Source: Eledone cirrhosa
Lineage: Eukaryota
DNA length: 64,000 nucleotides
Reading direction: 5' to 3'
NCBI GenBank assembly: GCA_964016885.1
Contig: OZ024743.1
Location: forward strand, 265,794,001 to 265,858,000
Part shown: positions 54,990 through 64,000 of the stretch, in pieces
Layout: every line of letters begins with the position of its first letter
How positions within the stretch are numbered: the stretch's first letter is position 1
The notes under the pieces: generated by a model
The model's database searches: none
Told to the model about the DNA's origin: nothing
Seen by the model: only the letters and a program-made list of their open reading frames with translations
Made by a program: the position numbers and the translations under genes

Positions 54990-55235
54990 CTCTTCCTCCC
55001 GCTATCCCCCTCTTGTAGTCTGTCTCTTTCTTTCACTCTCACTCTCTCTCTCTACGCGTGCGCAAAAAACATTCGCACGCGCGCACGTGTTTTAACGTCT
55101 ATTCACTCTCTCTCTCCCTCTCTCCCTCTCTCCCTCTCTCCCTCCCGCTATCCCCCTCTCGTAGTATGTCTCTTTCTTTCACTCGCACTCTCTCTCTACG
55201 CGTGCGCAAAAGACATTCGCACGCGCGCACGTGTT
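54990..55235. repeat. Two ~135-bp tandem units within a probable rolling-circle element
   Basis: cctcccgctatccccctct...tacgcgtgcgcaaaa.acattcgcacgcgcgcacgtgttt occurs twice. Confidence 0.8.
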
Positions 55236-55399
55236 TCCACCGTTGGACAGAGAGACAGAGAAATTGCTGGTTATATATTATAAGGAGATAATATACATAT
55301 ATATATATATAAACACGTAGAGCAAATATTTATTATAGTCTGTTCTTATAATGAATATATATATATATTAACGGCGATGAATTTGTTTTAGACATACAA

Positions 55400-55669
55400 T
55401 GTTACGGGAGGAAACAATAGCACCACTGACGATGTTGCAGATGTGCAACGAAAGAACTTTGATAAACTATATATATGTGTTTGTGTCTATATTGTATCTG
55501 TATTATTTTTGACCGTCGGTCAGCCAATGGCAACATTGAGGACCGAATAAATTGATTACCGATATAAAAGACACAGAAGCGAAAAGCGAAAACCAAACAA
55601 ACAGTGAGTGTGTTCTGTTATTAATTGTGGCAATATTACACAAATATGACCATCCCGAAGTATAACAAT
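55400..55669 (+). mobile_element. Family C pLTR-like repeat with hammerhead motif at 55421-55465
   Basis: Reverse complement of most of 34211-34500; ends aagtataacaa(TA)n. Confidence 0.8.
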
Positions 55670-55682
55670 ATATATATATTTA

Positions 55683-55748
<66 letters not shown>

Positions 55749-55797
55749 AAATAAAGTTAAATAAAAGTCAAATGATTAAAATTTAGCTTCGTTTATT

Positions 55798-55852
55798 ACT
55801 GCTATATATATTTCAGTGACAGCCATCTTTGGCTGTGACCTCTTCAGGTAGT
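55798..55852 (-). ncRNA. Hammerhead ribozyme motif in a pLTR remnant
   Basis: Minus strand: actac-CTGAAGA-g-gtcacagcc/ggctgtcac-t-GAAA-tatatata-gcagt. Confidence 0.65.
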
Positions 55853-55990
55853 TTGAATTAGTATGGTATAGAGAAGTACATATGTTTTTGAGGTGTATAA
55901 TATTGTCAATACTGTGATATGCCCAGTTCCTTGTTGGGTTGTTATTTCAACATAAACTCAAAATCAATATATATACATATATATATACAC

Positions 55991-58790
<2,800 letters not shown>

Positions 58791-58958
58791 TTATTACTCC
58801 AAGTGTTTACAACATAGGAATTACAGCATACCCGCAGCATCACTATGAAAACGCCTTGTTGAGTCAAACCAAGCCAAGCGTTAATATCATCCACTACCTG
58901 GAATACCATAACTGGACTTCACCTAAGCGTACTGCATTTAACTATTATTTGTTAATCC

Positions 58959-59030
<72 letters not shown>

Positions 59031-59033
59031 GCA

Positions 59034-59078
<45 letters not shown>

Positions 59079-59478
59079 AATATGATAATAATGGAGCTGC
59101 GGTGCTGCAAATGGGTTACATATGAAAAAGTTTGTCCTCATCAGTGGCCATCCAACCGTCGTAGGCATTTCGTCGCATTAAAGACCATATACCTCAGGTT
59201 GGTGCGAGCAACGGCTAAAAAAAAAGTCGTTGGGACACGTAAATAAAGGGGACGCTAGGGTAAACACACAAAATGGTTTAAGCAGCAGAAAGAGCGGAAG
59301 AAGGAAACAATATATATATATATATATAAGGATTAGAATACTGGAGCGTGTTGGAGTTAAACACCCTCTTCGTATTATAGAAATGACAGTAAAAGGTATA
59401 GCTCAATGCAGTTAAACAGAGCCAAAAAATTAAGAGAGTAAAACAAAGAATCCTTTAATACATCAAAAGTTTTTATTA

Positions 59479-59516
59479 GCCGACAATGTTTCGTCCTATT
59501 AAGGACTCATCAGGGC
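59479..59516 (-). ncRNA. Canonical type I hammerhead ribozyme in a pLTR remnant (about 59420-60350)
   Basis: Minus strand: gcc-CTGATGA-gtcct-taat-aggac-GAAA-ca-t-tg-TC-ggc, with a GUC cleavage triplet. Confidence 0.85.
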
Positions 59517-59868
59517 AATCAAAACAACAAGAAGTAATATCGGCAGATACAAGCCGGAAACTCTGAAGAATATGGAGTGTGCATACACTAAAGTCTTACA
59601 AAAATATATGATAATAAAAATGAAAATAAAAATAAAAATAATAAAAATATATAATAATAAGAATAACTAAGGATGTAGATAACATTAAGAACCATATTAC
59701 AAATATAGTCCAAAGCAACTAACCTAAATCTAAACAAATTTGGTTATATAGAGCAGGAATTATATATAACACAATGCAATAAACATAATACATTATAATA
59801 ATATACCTTTACCAACATTAAAATTACAAATTAAAAATCAAAAGGTACAATATATACATGTATATATG

Positions 59869-59906
<38 letters not shown>

Positions 59907-60346
59907 ACAATACACCCATCTATGATCAACTACACAAATTAAGCCCTATTAGAAGTTTGAATATAAAAATAAGCATGATAAGAGTGAAAATAATAACAAT
60001 ACATCTATCCAATATACATGAGGCAATAATATGATATAATTACAAGAGACACATATAATAAATAATAAACAATAATATTATATAATTCAATATAATATAA
60101 TAAAATAGATAATCCCCGGTTAGTTTTCAGAAACAATATAGATGCCACAGTAAAATACAATGATAATACGTAAACAGTGTACTAACATTATCCAAAAATT
60201 AATCTGAATAAAATTAGAAATAAAAATAGAATTAAAAATAAAATTAATAATAAAGATAATAATAGAATAACGTAAGTGGCGTAAAGCGTGTAATCTTATG
60301 TATATTAACAAGGTGTAATAGTGAAAACATAGATATGGTACAGTAG

Positions 60347-60387
<41 letters not shown>

Positions 60388-60388
<1 letters not shown>

Positions 60389-60540
60389 ATAATTGTTTCT
60401 ACTTTAGGCACAAGGACACCAATTACTCAGTACATTACTTGTATTTTATTTTATTGACCCCGTAAGGATGAAAAGCAAAGTTTATCTCGGCGGGATTTGA
60501 ACTCAGACTGTAAAGGGACGTAACTATGCTAGAAAGGATG
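60388..60540 (-). mobile_element. SINE family A, 5'-truncated
   Basis: Reverse complement of part of 8836-9025. Confidence 0.85.
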
Positions 60541-60799
60541 TATATTTTTTAGACATCACCCAGTTAAATATGCTACCTTCCTACATACATACATACATAC
60601 ATACACTCACATAGTCACGTGTATTAACAAATGGCTAACAAATGGTATTGCATTATAGATGCTGAAGTCTACTGGAAAATCTATATCTGTGGACTAATAT
60701 GTATTACAGAATACATACCTACGTTTGTATCCGCGCATGTGCATACATGTAGCTGTAATATACTCTTAAATATATATATATATATATATATGTATGTAT

Positions 60800-60862
60800 A
60801 TATTGACATTTTTCGATATTAGGAATTTGATTCCATTGTATGGTTGCATATGCGTTTGTGTG

Positions 60863-60912
<50 letters not shown>

Positions 60913-60963
60913 AACGCATATGTAACCATACAATGGAATCAAATTCTTAATATCGAAAGATGT

Positions 60964-61007
<44 letters not shown>

Positions 61008-61075
61008 TCATATTGACATTTTTCGATATCAAGAATTTGATTCCATTGTATGATTGCGTATGCGTTTGTGTGTAT
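60800..61075. repeat. Forward-reverse-forward triplication of a ~65-bp sequence separated by (TA)n
   Basis: tattgacatttttcgatat..gaatttgattccattgtatg..tgc.tatgcgtttgtgtg at 60801 (+), 60907-60969 (-) and 61012 (+). Confidence 0.92.
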
Positions 61076-61439
61076 ATATATATATATATATATATGGGCA
61101 TGACGTGAAATATTGTGTATGAGTATGCATATGCAGGTGTGGACTTGCGTATTACTCTATTACTCTACTACGTTTTCCAGGCCGCAGACTAATGCCTTTC
61201 TGGTGCACAGCTATGTATTTCTCCATGTAAAATATTCTTAACTGTCACATACAGTTGAGCAAATCCTCGTCCAATTCGCACATTTGTATTAGAATCCATA
61301 TAAATGATGCGATCCCCATATCAATACACACACACGCAAACACACCCACACATGTATATTTATATGTATGTATATATGTGTGTATGTATTTTTTGTGTGG
61401 GTATATATATAGATATACACACACACACGCATATATATA

Positions 61440-61521
<82 letters not shown>

Positions 61522-61524
61522 AGC

Positions 61525-61591
<67 letters not shown>

Positions 61592-62457
61592 TGCACATAT
61601 ATATTCATACTCATACTGTTATCATTATTATTCGTTTCTTTATTTGAAACAACAACACTGAGACGTGTGTAACTGTGAAACAATACCCATTAAGTAAATT
61701 TATTGAAGCTGACAAACTGTAAACCATTGAATGACATTTTCTGACAACTCCATTTAAGTACATCGCTATCCTGATTTGTTTTTTTATCTTTCTTTCGTTC
61801 CCCTTTTTAATTTTCCTTCTTTCTCTTCTTCTTTATTTCATGTAGCGGATATTTTACAGGTTTCTTTAGATTTAAATTTCGTAAAAGACATCACCATATA
61901 AAAAGCGCAGTCAGCTTTCATCATCGTTTTATTCAAAGAGTCATCTTATATCTGAAGTTATTTACTTATTTTTTTGCTTTTATTATTATTAGTTTTTATA
62001 TAGTCTGCACAACCATCACTGTCTTATTCGAATCCTGACCAATCGATATTTTGTGAATGTATACTACCCTCATACCATCGATATTTGCAGATATATACAC
62101 ATATACTTTATTAGACATATTAAATCCATGCATACAACTTTGCGAGTTGCCAATCTGAAAGATATTACTGACGATATACGAGCCACCATCAACTTTGAAT
62201 ATGTATTGTTACGCATCATGTTCCTACCTTCATAAAAAAAGAATATGGAAGTTTCGTCTGTATGTATTAGTTGTTGTACCTTTAAATAATTAGTTCTACA
62301 TTTCTCTAGTAACTATGTTTTATTCTATACAACTCTATGTACTACTCTGCTTTTACTTTCCTGAAAACTTCGGGTGATTAAGTTTAAAAGTTGTTCGTCT
62401 AATGGCATAAGCCAAAAGTACACACACAGTCAAACACACACACACACACACACACAG

Positions 62458-62534
<77 letters not shown>

Positions 62535-62575
62535 TGTGTGTGTGTGTGCGTGTGTGTGTGTGTGCGTGTGTGTGG

Positions 62576-62672
<97 letters not shown>

Positions 62673-63222
62673 CGTGAGTGTGTGTGTGTGTATAATACAT
62701 AGTGTAGGATATTCAGAAATTTTGTTGAGCAGATCAATGTTTGAGTGATGTCTAGAGCCAATCATCTGTGAAACATTTGTAACGGTCGATATTCAATAAA
62801 CTTCGTCCTATCTAACTTTATATACACACGCGCACGCACGCACGCACACACGTGTACACTCACTCAGAGACATACCTTTACACACACATACATCAACGGT
62901 ATAGAGTAGTTCTACAGTTTACACTTTCTAATCTTAACCCAGGTGTCTTTATGTATTTTCGCAACATCCGAGACTGCATCTTTCGGCATCCGACTAATTC
63001 GCTTCCTAACACACAAATATCAGATCCACATATAAGATTTTTCTTCTCACTCTGGCATTATTTCTCCCTCCCCTGTTTCGCACACATTGGCTTGCTTTTG
63101 TATCACAAATGCATCTATGTCTATATCTGCACATATGCACCAGGATCCAAACCACTTTCTCGTTTTGTTTTCTCGCAATCCTGCATCAAGTCGGGTGATA
63201 TACTGAGTAGAATCTTTGATAT

Positions 63223-63400
63223 GCAATCGTGAAGTTGCGAGTTTGATTGCTCTCCTCGGTCACTGGTTATGCCCTTCAGGAAGACAGATTTCTACGTTGC
63301 CCATTCTGCCATGAGTTGCGACTGGTAGAACTTATCAGCAATGGAAAGAGCTATGGAAACATCGTTTCCTTTATTCGATTTGACAACCTTCATCGCGTCG
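63223..63400 (+). mobile_element. Diverged SINE family B
   Basis: gcaatcgtgaagttgcgagtttgatt..gagttgcgac..ggaaacatcgtttcct..ttcgatttgac matches 15693-15830. Confidence 0.7.
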
Positions 63401-63443
63401 GTAATTGAATGTGGTCTGGGAACTTGTCAAACATTTAAAAATG

Positions 63444-63496
<53 letters not shown>

Positions 63497-63570
63497 AAAA
63501 TATAAGTATGTATACGTACCTACATATATGTATACAGATGTACACTAGTATGTATATACATACATACATG

Positions 63571-63629
<59 letters not shown>

Positions 63630-64000
63630 ACGTATGGGTTTACCGTACATTTATCATAATGCTCGGTTTGTTTGTAAAAAACACCCCGATTTAGTAGCCG
63701 TACAGTGTTCGGCAAACATCGTTGACCATTTGCTGAACACTGACAAAGGAAATATGAACTAGTTTCTAACTTATTATCTGTCATCAGCACCGTTAACCTT
63801 CCTATCAGTCGATTGAACGTTTGAAAGTATATACTTTCCTTATGCATATTAATGGCAAAGCCTACTAATTTGCATATCGAGTGGGTTATTCGGCTGGATG
63901 TACCGAAAACGATAAATGGAAAAAATGAAATTTCATTTCTCACTCTTAGTACGGCTGATACTTAAATATAAGTGTGTATACGTAAAATCATATATGTATA

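Noticed and set aside
59120-59205. Extra minus-strand CTGATGAG and CGAAA fragments
   Set aside because: They cannot be assembled into a complete hammerhead fold. The same applies to partial motifs near 15165, 21545 and 52600.

Overview
AT-rich eukaryotic (animal) DNA, not prokaryotic. The SINE types, huge (TA)n/(CA)n/(GA)n tracts and TE mix suggest an octopod cephalopod (inference). I found no convincing host protein-coding gene; most listed ORFs are microsatellite translations. The window is largely transposable-element remains: two Tx1/L1-clade LINE copies, an RTE-like LINE, R4/Dong-clade LINEs stacked in a (TAA)n tract, three different Penelope-like elements (PLEs) in (TA)n tracts, a decayed Helitron helicase, two tRNA-derived SINE families and a tRNA-Phe pseudogene. 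Two things stand out. (i) About 14 hammerhead-ribozyme (HHR) motifs from several unrelated pLTR/retrozyme-like families, including a ~467-nt non-coding unit that looks copied from a circular or tandem template. (ii) More than 10 fold-back (inverted) duplications anchored on (TA)n tracts, some copying non-PLE or flanking DNA. All alignments and folds were done by eye.
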